64,000 bases of DNA from Capsulimonadaceae bacterium (GTDB lineage Bacteria; Armatimonadota; Armatimonadia; Armatimonadales; Capsulimonadaceae), in contig OZ244065.1 of NCBI GenBank assembly GCA_965215505.1, forward strand, positions 1,056,001 through 1,120,000. Reading direction: 5' to 3'. Each line of letters starts with the position of its first letter. The first letter of the stretch is position 1. Position numbers and translations under genes: made by a program. Below are positions 28,538 through 38,053 of the stretch, in pieces. The notes below the pieces were generated by a model. It was not told where the DNA came from and ran no database searches. It saw only the letters and a program-made list of their open reading frames with translations.

Positions 28538-29918
28538 CCTGCGCGTCCGGGAACGCGGCATCGCCGGCGGCATATGCGGTCAAGGCTCCCTGCCCCGCCG
28601 CCAACGGCACGGAGAGGACGGAGTGCCGCCCGGACTGCCCGGCGAAGGCCCGCCAGACGCCCGCCTCGAAGCTCGGGTTCGCCAGTCCCGCGCGCCGGAC
28701 CGTCCTGCCCTTCCTCATCGCCTCCCGCGCGGCATCCCCGGCAAGCGCGGGATCATCCGGCGCGTGTCGGTCGGGGAACACCAAAGCCTCCCGATAAGCC
28801 GTGCCGACGAGGCACAGACCTTCCCCTTCCCTCAGCGCCACCGTGCAGACCTCCGCCCCGGTCACGCGCGCCACTTCCCCGTAAACCAGGTCTGCCAGAG
28901 CGTCCGGCCCCACGCGCTCCGCGACGGCCCGGATGACGGCCTGGGTCGCCTTCGCCTCCGCCGCCAAGGCGGCGTTCTGGGCGGCCTGACGCGGCCCCGC
29001 CAGGGCGAGGGCGGCGACGGACGCCAGCAGCCCCAGGGCTTGCTGTAGGCCGTCATCCGTGAGGGCGTCGGCGTTCGGGCGGGCGACTGAAAGATGGCCC
29101 ACCGCCGCGCCCCCCATCAGGAGCGGCACGGCATAGGCGAAGCCTTCCAGGTCATCTCCCAGGGCCGGCTCACGCGCCACATACACCGACCAGAGCAGCG
29201 GCGCGGAGGCATCAAAGGGGAATGTGGGCGGCTGCGCCTGCTTGCGCGACCTGGGCCGCTTGGGGCGGTCATTCGGGGCGGAGGCCAGCCGCGTGATGCG
29301 TTTGGCTTCACTGTCATAGGCGTAGAGCCGTGCGCGCACGTCGGGCAGGCCGGCGGCCAGGGCGAGCGCGCTCTCGACAAGAGCCTGTGCCGGTTCTCCG
29401 GCATCCGGCGCGGCGGCGAGGCGGCGGCAGAGAGCGCGCAGGACTTCCTCCCGCTCGTGCGTTTTGGCCTCCCGCGCCCGACTCTGCCCCGCCTCCGTCG
29501 CGTCGCGGGCGACTATGGCAACCCCACCGCCGGGCAGCGGCGTGGCGCTGATGTCCAGTACGCGCGTTTCCCCGTCGGCGGATACGCACAGACAGCCCAT
29601 GCCTTCCACCGCCGCGCCGGTGCGCTGCGCGCGGACAAGCGGCGACTGACCCGGCGGGATGGGCTGGCCACTCGGGTAGCGGAGACTGCGAAGGCCCGCG
29701 CCGTCCGGCCCGAACAGCGTCCGCGCGGCGGCGTTCAGTTTGGCGAGGGTGCCCGAAGCGTCGGCGATGACGACGGCGTCACCGACGAGGTCGAAGACTG
29801 GATCAAGAGGGCTGGACCGGGGCGGCTGCCGGAACCGCCACGCGCCGAAGGAGGCCAGGCCGCCGAGCAGGAGGCCCGCCCAGAACGGGGGGCGCTTGAA
29901 CGGGGAGGGGGAAGACAT
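28455..29918 (-). CDS. membrane-anchored PAS-GAF-GAF sensor protein without a recognisable output domain
   Basis: N-terminal TM; PAS (DAVVIADASG..LNAAARTLFG, ARD); two GAF-like domains (AYAVPLL..VGHL; SVLSVPL...F...QVRFLEALA). Confidence 0.75.
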   Translation of the reverse strand: MSSPSPFKRPPFWAGLLLGGLASFGAWRFRQPPRSSPLDPVFDLVGDAVVIADASGTLAKLNAAARTLFGPDGAGLRSLRYPSGQPIPPGQSPLVRAQRTGAAVEGMGCLCVSADGETRVLDISATPLPGGGVAIVARDATEAGQSRAREAKTHEREEVLRALCRRLAAAPDAGEPAQALVESALALAAGLPDVRARLYAYDSEAKRITRLASAPNDRPKRPRSRKQAQPPTFPFDASAPLLWSVYVAREPALGDDLEGFAYAVPLLMGGAAVGHLSVARPNADALTDDGLQQALGLLASVAALALAGPRQAAQNAALAAEAKATQAVIRAVAERVGPDALADLVYGEVARVTGAEVCTVALREGEGLCLVGTAYREALVFPDRHAPDDPALAGDAAREAMRKGRTVRRAGLANPSFEAGVWRAFAGQSGRHSVLSVPLAAGQGALTAYAAGDAAFPDAQVRFLEALAALVSLTLPGASPPAGRTGP

Positions 29919-29993
29919 GGGAGGATTGTACCCGACGCAGGAAAGTCCCGCGCCGTGGGGCGCGGGGCGTTTCGAGATGCGAAGGGCGGAGGC

Positions 29994-30548
29994 CTATTCG
30001 GTGCGGATGGTCGCTTCCAGGACGGTTTCGGCCATGTAGATCGGGGCACGGAAGCGCAGGGCCATCGCGATGGCATCGGACGGGCGGGCGTCTATGTCCA
30101 TGGTTTCGCCGCCAGCCTTGACCAGCCCGATCTTGGCGTAGAAGGTCTCATTCCACAGGTCGTCAATGACGACCCGCTCGACGGTCGCATCCAGCCGCTC
30201 CAGCAGGAGGCGGATCAGGTCGTGGGTGAAGGGCCGGTCGGGGGCGTCGCCTTCCAGGGCCAGTGAGATGGCCCAGGCCTCGAACTGCCCGACGAAGATG
30301 GGGACGCGGCGGCCCCGGTTGTCGCGCAGCAGGACGAAATGGTTGGCGATGGTGCCCTGGTCCTGGTGGGCGTAGACGCCCATCACCTTGACTTCCTTCT
30401 CATTCAGGGAGCGCGGTGCCCGGTTCTCGTCCTCCGAGGCGGACTCGCCGGCCCCCCCGCTCTGCCGCCGCAGGGAAGAAAGCCCGTCCGGGTCGGACTC
30501 CTGGGGCCGCCAATCATCGTCGAACAGTTTATCGAAATCGCCTGGCAC
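29994..30548 (-). CDS. bifunctional nuclease family protein (DUF151)
   Basis: PIFVGQFEA, RPFTHDL and IDARPSDAIAMA motifs. Confidence 0.92.
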   Translation of the reverse strand: MPGDFDKLFDDDWRPQESDPDGLSSLRRQSGGAGESASEDENRAPRSLNEKEVKVMGVYAHQDQGTIANHFVLLRDNRGRRVPIFVGQFEAWAISLALEGDAPDRPFTHDLIRLLLERLDATVERVVIDDLWNETFYAKIGLVKAGGETMDIDARPSDAIAMALRFRAPIYMAETVLEATIRTE

Positions 30549-30594
30549 CTTTTCCTCGCTTCCTTATGCCTGAACTATTCTAATCTTCTCGTCT

Positions 30595-32010
30595 TTAATC
30601 TTCCCGTCGTCCGGTCTTGCTGATGACCTTCAGGAACTCCTTGTTGCTCTTGCTGTTGTTCAGCCGGTCGATCAGGAGTTCGGTGGCCTCGACCGTCCCC
30701 AGCCCCGCCAGGACGCGGTGCAGCTGGTAGACGGCTTTCAGGCTGTCCTCGTCGTAGAGCAGCTCTTCCTTGCGCGTGCTGGACTCCTTGACGTTGATGG
30801 CCGGGAAGATGCGCCGGTTGGCGATCTCGCGGTCCAGCTTCAGCTCGGAGTTGCCGGTGCCCTTGAACTCCTCGAAAATGATGTCATCCATCCGGGAGCC
30901 GGTCTCGACCAGGGCGGTGGCGATGATGGTGAGGCTGCCGCCGTTCTCTATATTACGGGCCGCGCCGAAGAAACGTTTCGGGCGGTAGATGGCGGCGGGG
31001 TCAAGCCCCCCCTGGAGGGTGCGCCCGGAGGGCGTGACCGTCAGGTTGGAGGCGCGCGAGAGCCGGGTGAGGCTGTCCAGCAGGACGACCACGTCTTTGC
31101 CCGCTTCGACCAGGCGCTTGGCCTTCTCCAACACCATGTCAGCGACGCGCATGTGGTTCTCAGGCAGCTCGTCGAAGGTGGAAGACACCACCTCGCCGTT
31201 GACCGAGCGGCGGATGTCCGTCACTTCCTCGGGGCGCTCGTCGATCAGCAGCACGACCAGATGCACTTCGGGGTGGTTGGTCGTGATGGAGTTCGCGATG
31301 GACTTCAGCACGGTGGTCTTGCCGGCCTTGGGCGGGGCGACGACGATGGCGCGCTGGCCCTTGCCGATCGGCGCGATGAGGTCAATGACGCGGGCGGTGA
31401 GGTTCTTCGGGTCGGTCTCGAGAATAAACCGCTCTTCCGGGTAGATCGGCACCAGGTCATCGAAGTTGGCCCGACTGCGGGCCTGGTCGGGGGAGGCGCT
31501 GTTGACCGACTCGACCCGGAGCAGGCCGTAATACTTCTCGGTGTCCTTAGGCGGGCGGACCTGGCCGGTCACGGTGTCGCCGGTCTTGAGGTTGAAGCGC
31601 TTGATCTGGGCCTGTGCGACGTAGATGTCCTGGCTGCCCGGATCGAAGTTGTTCTGGCGCAGGAACCCCCACCCCTCCGGCAGGATCTCCAGCACGCCGG
31701 ACTTGGTCAGCGCGCCGTCCGCGTCCGAGCCGCCCCGGCCGTCCCGGTCCCCGGCGTCCGGGGCGGGCTGCGGCTCCCGCATCATCGGCTCTTTGGCCTC
31801 GCGCGGGGTGTCCCGGTTCGGGTCCTGGACGGCCAGGGCGGCTTGCGTGGCCTGGGCCGCCCGGCTGCCGTCCTTGCCGTTGCGGGGCGGGCGCGGCGTC
31901 AGGGGGGGGATGGGGTTGTCAACTCTGGGGGTCTCAGCCTTCGCGTCGGCCTTCGGGGCGTCGGACTGTGGGGGACGAGGCATGGTGGTTTCGGAGTCGT
32001 CTTGTGCCAT
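30595..32010 (-). CDS. rho: transcription termination factor Rho
   Basis: [36 protein letters not shown] and FEEFKGTGN motifs. Confidence 0.98.
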   Translation of the reverse strand: MAQDDSETTMPRPPQSDAPKADAKAETPRVDNPIPPLTPRPPRNGKDGSRAAQATQAALAVQDPNRDTPREAKEPMMREPQPAPDAGDRDGRGGSDADGALTKSGVLEILPEGWGFLRQNNFDPGSQDIYVAQAQIKRFNLKTGDTVTGQVRPPKDTEKYYGLLRVESVNSASPDQARSRANFDDLVPIYPEERFILETDPKNLTARVIDLIAPIGKGQRAIVVAPPKAGKTTVLKSIANSITTNHPEVHLVVLLIDERPEEVTDIRRSVNGEVVSSTFDELPENHMRVADMVLEKAKRLVEAGKDVVVLLDSLTRLSRASNLTVTPSGRTLQGGLDPAAIYRPKRFFGAARNIENGGSLTIIATALVETGSRMDDIIFEEFKGTGNSELKLDREIANRRIFPAINVKESSTRKEELLYDEDSLKAVYQLHRVLAGLGTVEATELLIDRLNNSKSNKEFLKVISKTGRRED

Positions 32011-32329
32011 TGTGCTGTGTGGTTACCTTTGGTAATCGGAATGGATGATGCCGGGATGGGTGATCGGACAGGATAATGACAAAAATGATGACAGAATTGA
32101 GAACGATAAAGGAAATCAGGATGATGACGGAAAAGATGGTCGGTCGAGGTGCCAGGCGACGAGGGCGGCGAGACGCCTGAAAGAGAACCATTCGCGGGGC
32201 AAGAAGGAATCAGAACGTGACCAAAGGCCGGGCCAAGGAACGGGGGTGACGGTGAGCCGGACAGCCCGAAACGCGAAGGCACGACGACCGGGAATAGTGA
32301 ACCTTGGGGCGTAAACCGGTTCCGAAGCC

Positions 32330-32338
32330 ATTATACCA
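32330..32338 (-). promoter_or_regulatory. extended -10 promoter of rho
   Basis: Minus strand TG-G-TATAAT, with an AT-rich tract at about 32362-32374; implies a leader of about 310 nt. Confidence 0.65.
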
Positions 32339-32385
32339 CAGACGGCGTCGAAACAAACAGGAATTTTAATTTAATGCCCGCCTTC

Positions 32386-32967
32386 CTATCCGCCGCCATA
32401 GATTTCGGGCTTCAGGACGCCGATGTAAGGCAGGTTGCGGTACTTGCCGGCGTAGTCAAGGCCGTAGCCGACCACGAATCGGTCCTCGACTTTGAAGCCG
32501 AAGTAGTCCACGGGGACGTCCACCCGCCGGCGCGAGGGCTTGTCCAGCAGGGTGCAGATCTTGACCGAGGCGGCGCGGCGCGAGCGCAGGTTCTCCAGCA
32601 GGTAGGACAGCCGCAGCGTCAGGCCAGTGTCCACGATGTCCTCGACGACCAGGACGTGCTTGCTCTCGACGCTCTCGTCCAGGTCCTTCAGGATGCGGAC
32701 GACGCCCGACGATTTAGTGTCCGCGCCGTAGGAGGAGACGGCGACGAAGTCGTAGGAGAGTGGGAGGGTGATCTGCCGGACCAAGTCGGCCATGAAGATG
32801 TTGGCACCTTTCAGAATGCAGACCAGCATCAGCTCCTTGCCCGCGTAGTCCTGGGAGATCTGCGCCCCCATCTCGGCGACGCGGCGGGCAATCACTTCTT
32901 CGCTCAGGAGGACCTGCTCGACGTCCTCCTCCATCTCCATTTCAACACTCGCCATAAACGCACTCAA
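32386..32967 (-). CDS. hpt: hypoxanthine phosphoribosyltransferase
   Basis: CILKGA, VSSYG, VLVVEDIVDTGLT, FVVGYGLDY and YRNLP motifs. Confidence 0.96.
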   Translation of the reverse strand: MSAFMASVEMEMEEDVEQVLLSEEVIARRVAEMGAQISQDYAGKELMLVCILKGANIFMADLVRQITLPLSYDFVAVSSYGADTKSSGVVRILKDLDESVESKHVLVVEDIVDTGLTLRLSYLLENLRSRRAASVKICTLLDKPSRRRVDVPVDYFGFKVEDRFVVGYGLDYAGKYRNLPYIGVLKPEIYGGG

Positions 32968-33734
32968 CCCCTCTGGCCGGCACCCGACAGGCGCAGCCGT
33001 ATCAGAAACTCATTCAGTGCCGCCCGGTTCGGCACTTCTTCCGGCAGCGGCGACGATTCGCGCGCCCCGTCCAGCCGCTCGAACAGCCCGGCGATGGCCC
33101 CGGTGAACGCCGCATCGTCACCCGCCACGTCCGCCTGCTCGCGCGTCTTCATCGCCAGCAGCGGGGCAAGGTCCAGCCCGAACCGCTCGTTCAGCCGATG
33201 CAGGTTCGCCTCGACGACGCCTTCGGTGAGAAGCACGATCCCGGTCATCAGGACGCGGTGCAGGTAGAGCAGTCGCTTGACCGTCTTCCCCACCCCAACC
33301 TTTTGATAATCCCGCCATTCGCCTCGCGCGAAACCCGCGTAGTGGTGGTACAGCTTTTTGCTCAATCCCGCCCGTGCCAGCGCAGCCAGCTCCTTATGCG
33401 CGGGCGAGGTCAGCACGACGAGCGGCGACAGGATCTGCTCCAGAACGTACCCGTTCGGCTTGACCAGCAGGCGCAGGTACTTGGCGACCTCGTGCCCGAC
33501 CAGCTCCACCTCGACGCCGCCGACTATCCCCTCCGGCTCCAATGTCTCGCGCGGCATGTCCAGCCCCAGCACATCGGGCAGCGGCGCGGCGAAGCTCCCG
33601 CGCAGGTCCACGTCGCTGTCGGGCGAGGGGAACCCGTAGAGGTGCGCCCCGCTGACCGTCACGAACAGCAGGCCGGGGACGTTTTGCTCGGCGTATCGGC
33701 GCAGGGCGTCATAATCCAGGTCAAGTGCGCTCAA
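32964..33734 (-). CDS. pol-beta superfamily nucleotidyltransferase (YcgL/RlaP-like)
   Basis: SGAHLYGFPSPDSDVDLRG; KPNGYVLE; stop/start overlaps with both neighbours. Confidence 0.85.
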   Translation of the reverse strand: MSALDLDYDALRRYAEQNVPGLLFVTVSGAHLYGFPSPDSDVDLRGSFAAPLPDVLGLDMPRETLEPEGIVGGVEVELVGHEVAKYLRLLVKPNGYVLEQILSPLVVLTSPAHKELAALARAGLSKKLYHHYAGFARGEWRDYQKVGVGKTVKRLLYLHRVLMTGIVLLTEGVVEANLHRLNERFGLDLAPLLAMKTREQADVAGDDAAFTGAIAGLFERLDGARESSPLPEEVPNRAALNEFLIRLRLSGAGQRG

Positions 33735-34030
33735 ATCTTTTGCATCCTACGGCGGCTGAACAGCCACCCGGAGAAGCCAAGAAAGTTGGCGAGCATCAGA
33801 AGGGTGAACAACAGACACAACCAGCGCAAAAGAGGCCAGCCAGCCCAAGCATTCTGGATGATGGCAGGAAATACGGCGCTCAGAAAGAGATAGGGCACCC
33901 ACAGCGTCAGGACGACGAGGTCAAAGAGACGCTGCCATTCTTTGCATCGAGTCGCTTTGGCCAGTACGACCGGTGTTAAGACAGCATAGAGGATGCCGAA
34001 GACGAGCATGACCCAGCGAAACCAGTCCAT
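33731..34030 (-). CDS. small three-TM membrane protein
   Basis: GAAGGAAGG SD before ATG 34030; three hydrophobic helices; stop overlaps the next start. Confidence 0.6.
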   Translation of the reverse strand: MDWFRWVMLVFGILYAVLTPVVLAKATRCKEWQRLFDLVVLTLWVPYLFLSAVFPAIIQNAWAGWPLLRWLCLLFTLLMLANFLGFSGWLFSRRRMQKI

Positions 34031-34059
34031 GTGTTTGCCTTCCTTCTTGGTCCCTTCAG

Positions 34060-34620
34060 CTACCGAAGCACCTGGCACTGGGCGGGGGGCCAGTAGCAGG
34101 CGACGGCCCTCCCGATGATGTCGTGGCGCGGCAGGTCGCCCCAGTAGCGGCTGTCGTCGGAGACGTCCCGGTTGTCTCCCATCACGAAATACTGACCGGG
34201 CGGGACCGCCTGGGCCGGCATGTCGCCGTGGGCGGCGAAGGCTTTGTACGGCTCCGGGAGCGGCCTGCCGTTGATGGACACTGCCCCATCCCGGATGGCG
34301 ACGGTTTCGCCGGGCAGGCCGATGACGCGCTTGACGTAGACCTGGCGGACGTCTCTGGGGTAGTCGAAGATCACGATGTCACCGCGCTTGGGCGATGCCA
34401 AACGGTAGGCCAGCTTGTTCGCCAAAACGCGCTCACCCGTATAGAGATGCGGCTGCATGCAGTCGCCCGCGACGCAGAAGCCCTGCATGACGAACAGGGT
34501 CGTGGCGACGGCCAGCAGGAACCCCAGCAAGACCTGTTCCCACTGCGTGATCGTGACCGACCGCCGGGGGCGCGTCTTTAGGAAGTGCTTCGTCATCCGT
34601 GCGGTGAGCAGAGGTGTCAT
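34060..34620 (-). CDS. lepB: signal peptidase I (S26) with Cys at the nucleophile position
   Basis: One TM; box B VAGDCMQPHL; RGDIVIF; YVKRVIGLPGE; GDNRDVSDDSR. Confidence 0.88.
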   Translation of the reverse strand: MTPLLTARMTKHFLKTRPRRSVTITQWEQVLLGFLLAVATTLFVMQGFCVAGDCMQPHLYTGERVLANKLAYRLASPKRGDIVIFDYPRDVRQVYVKRVIGLPGETVAIRDGAVSINGRPLPEPYKAFAAHGDMPAQAVPPGQYFVMGDNRDVSDDSRYWGDLPRHDIIGRAVACYWPPAQCQVLR

Positions 34621-34749
34621 GCGGTTCTATAATGCACAAGTGGTGCCAAAGCGGCGACTTTAGGTTCGTTTTCGCAAATTCGCGTGTCCGTCAGCCGCCG
34701 ATGCCTTCTGAAAACCCAGCGGGCGGGCGTTCATGGATGGATTATACCC

Positions 34750-36741
34750 TTACTTTATCGGCTTCAGCACCAGGGCATCCAGGCCGAACAGGGTATTAGT
34801 CGCGGCCTCGTTTTTGCCGTGGATGGTGACGGCGAGGCGGCTGGGGCCGGGGGGCAGGGTGACGCGGCCCAGTGCGACCGGACCGCTGGGGACGACGCCG
34901 GCATGGTAGGCATCGTAGACGCCGCCGACGGGCTTGCCGTCGAGTGTGAAGGTGAACCGGCCATAGTCGGCGGCCTGGGTGAAGTAGGCGACGAGATCGA
35001 AAGTGCCGGGCCGGGGCGGCAGGGTCAGGGTCAAAGTGTCGCCGGCCTTGCCGCCCGTCCACCAGAGCTGACCGTCGCCGCTCCAGGCCCCTTCAAAGCC
35101 GCCCATGTCCTGCGTCTGGACCTTGCCCGCCGAGGCGACTGCGGTGGCGGCCAGCGCCTCGCCCTCGATGGGGTCCTTCAAGGTCAGGACGGAGGCCGCG
35201 CGGGGGTTCAGGGGCGGCCCGACCTGGCCCGCTGCCGGAGTAACAGACCAGGGCTGGGTCGGCCCCGAGGCGTACCAATAGGCGACGGACGAATAGTAGG
35301 TGTCCGGGGCGTCGTTCGCGCCCCCATGTTCAATCTGGGCGTCGAGGGAGCGTTGGAAGACGGGCGCGTCGTTAAGGAACCAGCGATAGGCGTTGATCCG
35401 GCCGGTCCCGCCGGACTGGTCCTTGACTAATGCGCCGTTGACGGGGAGGGCGTTCGGCCCTTTGTCGAAGTACCAGCCGCTGTTGAAGCAGTCCTCGGTG
35501 CCGGTGCCGTTCCACGGCCCGATCAGGGTCGTCGGGACGAGGCTCGCGCCCCACGGCTGGGCGTCCGCCCGGAACTGCTCGTCGCCTTCCAGGAAGCCCA
35601 GCCCGCGCGCCCCGGCCATCGTCTGCACGACGCCGACGAAGTGGCCACGCTGTCCCCGCGCCCGTGTCCAGACGTGGGGCAGGCCGCGCTTCGTCACCTC
35701 CTGCGACCACTGGGCGTGGAAGTAGCCGGTTTCTGCGGCGCGGAACGGCTGATGCACCATGACCGCATTCCAGGCGACGACGACATTCTTTCCCAGGCCG
35801 TTCTCGACCGTGAACCGGGCCGAGCGCGCGAACGGCATGGGGAAGCGCGACTGCATCACCCCGGCCTCCGTCTGGCTCAGGAGCAGGGAGGTGAAGGCTT
35901 TGTGGCCGTAACCGCTGCCGAAGAAGTCGGCGACCGGGGCCTCGATGTCTGGCGTCTGGTGGCCGTCGAAGTACCCCCGCAGGACCAGCCGGCGCAGGTC
36001 AATGCCCGTCGGCGCGGCGAACTCCAGCGAGCGGATCACGCCCGGCCCCTGGAAGTGGTCAATCTCGCGCGTCTTGCCTGTGAGGAGCGCGACCGACCAC
36101 GTTCGGCCCGGCACGGGAGCGCCAGTGCCTGCCGACGACCAGGCGTGGACGGCGGCCTGGAGCGCGGCCCGGTCGGCATCGGTCAGCGGCAGCGCGAACG
36201 GTCGGATCGGCGTATTCGCGGCGAGCGTCAGCGAGTTCACCTGATAGTACAGCCCGTGCGGGTCGTCCACGGTGATGCGGCAATGCTTGGCGTAGGGGAT
36301 GGGCAGGTAGGAGTAGAAGCCGCCGGACGAGCCCTGGGTCAGCGGCGGCACGAAACCCGGTTGGGAGCCGTCGAACAGCCTGGCGAACGGCACGTCAATG
36401 ACCGGCGCGGGGGCGTCGTCAATGTAGACCTTGAGCTGACCGTTCGGATTGGCGGACCACAGCCGGACGACCGCGCCCGGCCCGGCGAGGTCGGCAAGAG
36501 TCGCCGTCGTGCCGGTCATAACGGGGAAAGTCTGGAAGTCGCCGTTGCCGCCGGTGCGGTCATAGGACGATTGCAGGTTCGAGGCCCAGTCCCGGAGATG
36601 CGGCAGCCGGGTGAGGTCCGTTTCCTCGCGCAGCAGCGTGTCCACGCCGACAGGGGCTGGGACAGGCGGGGACGCGGAGCGGGCAGGCAGCAAGGGCAGG
36701 AGGAGCGTGAGCAGCCCGAGGGTGGCGAGGGAGTTCCGCAT
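34750..36741 (-). CDS. secreted glycoside hydrolase family 172 (DUF2961) with C-terminal CBM-like domain
   Basis: Signal peptide; SSYDRTGGNGD; GPG.V/I repeats; LEGDE and GTGTEDCFN motifs. Confidence 0.85.
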   Translation of the reverse strand: MRNSLATLGLLTLLLPLLPARSASPPVPAPVGVDTLLREETDLTRLPHLRDWASNLQSSYDRTGGNGDFQTFPVMTGTTATLADLAGPGAVVRLWSANPNGQLKVYIDDAPAPVIDVPFARLFDGSQPGFVPPLTQGSSGGFYSYLPIPYAKHCRITVDDPHGLYYQVNSLTLAANTPIRPFALPLTDADRAALQAAVHAWSSAGTGAPVPGRTWSVALLTGKTREIDHFQGPGVIRSLEFAAPTGIDLRRLVLRGYFDGHQTPDIEAPVADFFGSGYGHKAFTSLLLSQTEAGVMQSRFPMPFARSARFTVENGLGKNVVVAWNAVMVHQPFRAAETGYFHAQWSQEVTKRGLPHVWTRARGQRGHFVGVVQTMAGARGLGFLEGDEQFRADAQPWGASLVPTTLIGPWNGTGTEDCFNSGWYFDKGPNALPVNGALVKDQSGGTGRINAYRWFLNDAPVFQRSLDAQIEHGGANDAPDTYYSSVAYWYASGPTQPWSVTPAAGQVGPPLNPRAASVLTLKDPIEGEALAATAVASAGKVQTQDMGGFEGAWSGDGQLWWTGGKAGDTLTLTLPPRPGTFDLVAYFTQAADYGRFTFTLDGKPVGGVYDAYHAGVVPSGPVALGRVTLPPGPSRLAVTIHGKNEAATNTLFGLDALVLKPIK

Positions 36742-36774
36742 GGCAGGGTCCTCCGAGGATCGTGGAAAGGCCGA

Positions 36775-36794
36775 CCACGGGTTTTAACCCGTGG
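36775..36794. repeat. single REP-like palindrome related to the 58.3 kb element
   Basis: CCACGGG-TTTTAA-CCCGTGG. Confidence 0.6.
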
Positions 36795-36818
36795 AGAGTT
36801 TCTGCCGGATGGTAAGCA

Positions 36819-36858
36819 GGAGGCCCGCTCCTGTACGCTGTACAAAGAACGGGCCTCC
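36819..36858 (-). terminator. hairpin downstream of sigH
   Basis: GGAGGCCCG...TGTAC-GCT-GTACA...CGGGCCTCC. Confidence 0.5.
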
Positions 36859-36878
36859 GATGGGAGCATGGAAAATAA

Positions 36879-37577
36879 TCACAAAAGCTCACTCAGGTCG
36901 GCATCGCCGATGGGGACGCCGCTGACCTTGCGCTTGATGCGGGCGAGGGCGTTATCCACGCTCTTGGTCTTGCAGCGCAGCTCGGAGGCGATCTCGCGGT
37001 AGGACTTACCGAGCTGATAGCCGGACAGGACGTGCCATTCGAAGTCGGAGAGCATCTGCTGCAAGGTTTCGTGGAGGATCTTGGTGTCCTCATTCCGCAG
37101 GACCATGTCCTCGGGGTCGGCCCCGTCGAGGTTCGGCAGGATGTCGGAGAGGTTCCAGTCGGTGGTGGGGTCTTCGGAGGGGCTTTCGAGCGAGAGCGAC
37201 TGGTTCAGGGGCATCTGCTTCTGTCGCGTGGCCGTCTTGATGGCGGTGATGATGTGGCGGGTGATGCAGACCTTGGCGAAGGCGGGGAAGGAGATGGCCT
37301 TGTCGGCCCGGAAGTCAATGATGGCCTGCCACAGCCCGATCTGGCCGACTTGCAGGAGGTCTTCCTTTTCCGCGCCGACGAGGAAATAGGATTTGACCTT
37401 GGTGCGGACGAGGTTGCGGTACTTGTAGAGCATGTACTCGGCGGCGGCGTTCTCGCCGCGCTGGGCGCGCGAGACGATCTCCCGGTCGGCCATGTCGGCG
37501 TATTTGAGCTGGGACTGACGCAGGCGGTCGGAGATGTCGTTGACGATGCTCCAGTCGCTGGATTGGGTTCTGATCAA
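36879..37577 (-). CDS. sigH: RNA polymerase sigma-H-like factor (start TTG 37577 or GTG 37595)
   Basis: KSYFLVGAEKEDLLQVG.IGL, ITAIKTATRQKQMPLN and KSVDNALARIKRK are characteristic of SigH. Confidence 0.92.
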   Translation of the reverse strand: MIRTQSSDWSIVNDISDRLRQSQLKYADMADREIVSRAQRGENAAAEYMLYKYRNLVRTKVKSYFLVGAEKEDLLQVGQIGLWQAIIDFRADKAISFPAFAKVCITRHIITAIKTATRQKQMPLNQSLSLESPSEDPTTDWNLSDILPNLDGADPEDMVLRNEDTKILHETLQQMLSDFEWHVLSGYQLGKSYREIASELRCKTKSVDNALARIKRKVSGVPIGDADLSELL

Positions 37578-37621
37578 GGGGAGCCTCACTGGCACAAAGA
37601 TGAGTGTCGGAACGGATTAAG

Positions 37622-37655
37622 ACGGGCTGAATGATGAAACGGTCTGAATGATGAA
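37622..37655. repeat. 17-bp tandem duplication (1 mismatch) upstream of sigH
   Basis: ACGGGCTGAATGATGAA / ACGGTCTGAATGATGAA. Confidence 0.85.
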
Positions 37656-37738
37656 CGGCGAAAGCGATGGGCGGCCAACGGCCTGGTGAGGGAAGGGGGC
37701 GGCGACCCAGAAGATGACGCGGGTGCCGCCACGGGGGG

Positions 37739-37975
37739 TCAGCGAGACGGCTCGTGATCCACTTCGATGGTCAGGGTGCTGATGATGACCGCCAGCAGGA
37801 CCAGCGCCATCGTGGCTGCGGTCGTGAGGGGGCTAACGGGGATCTCTTTGATGACGTGATTGCCCAGTCTGAGGCGCAGGGCGCGCACCTTGCTGGTGCC
37901 GGTGATACGCTGGACCTGGCCGAAGAGGTCCACCCCCAGGCTTAACAGGTTGGCGGCGGGAACATTACCTTGCAT
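37739..37975 (-). CDS. small membrane protein, DUF4342-like (alternative leaderless start at 38047)
   Basis: GAGGA SD before ATG 37975; VRALRL...IKEIP, hydrophobic helix, then TIEV. Confidence 0.55.
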   Translation of the reverse strand: MQGNVPAANLLSLGVDLFGQVQRITGTSKVRALRLRLGNHVIKEIPVSPLTTAATMALVLLAVIISTLTIEVDHEPSR

Positions 37976-38053
37976 GATTGCATCCTCGGGTGCGACAGCA
38001 TTTCGGCCCCCTCCAGGGTCTTGGGACAAGGAGGAAGCCGCTCGCATGAGGTC

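Noticed and set aside
30718..32076. 452-aa plus-strand ORF
   Set aside because: Antisense shadow of rho.
31899..32331. Small ORFs in the rho leader
   Set aside because: No SD or family motifs; the composition is explained by a pyrimidine-rich leader. A leader peptide cannot be strictly excluded.
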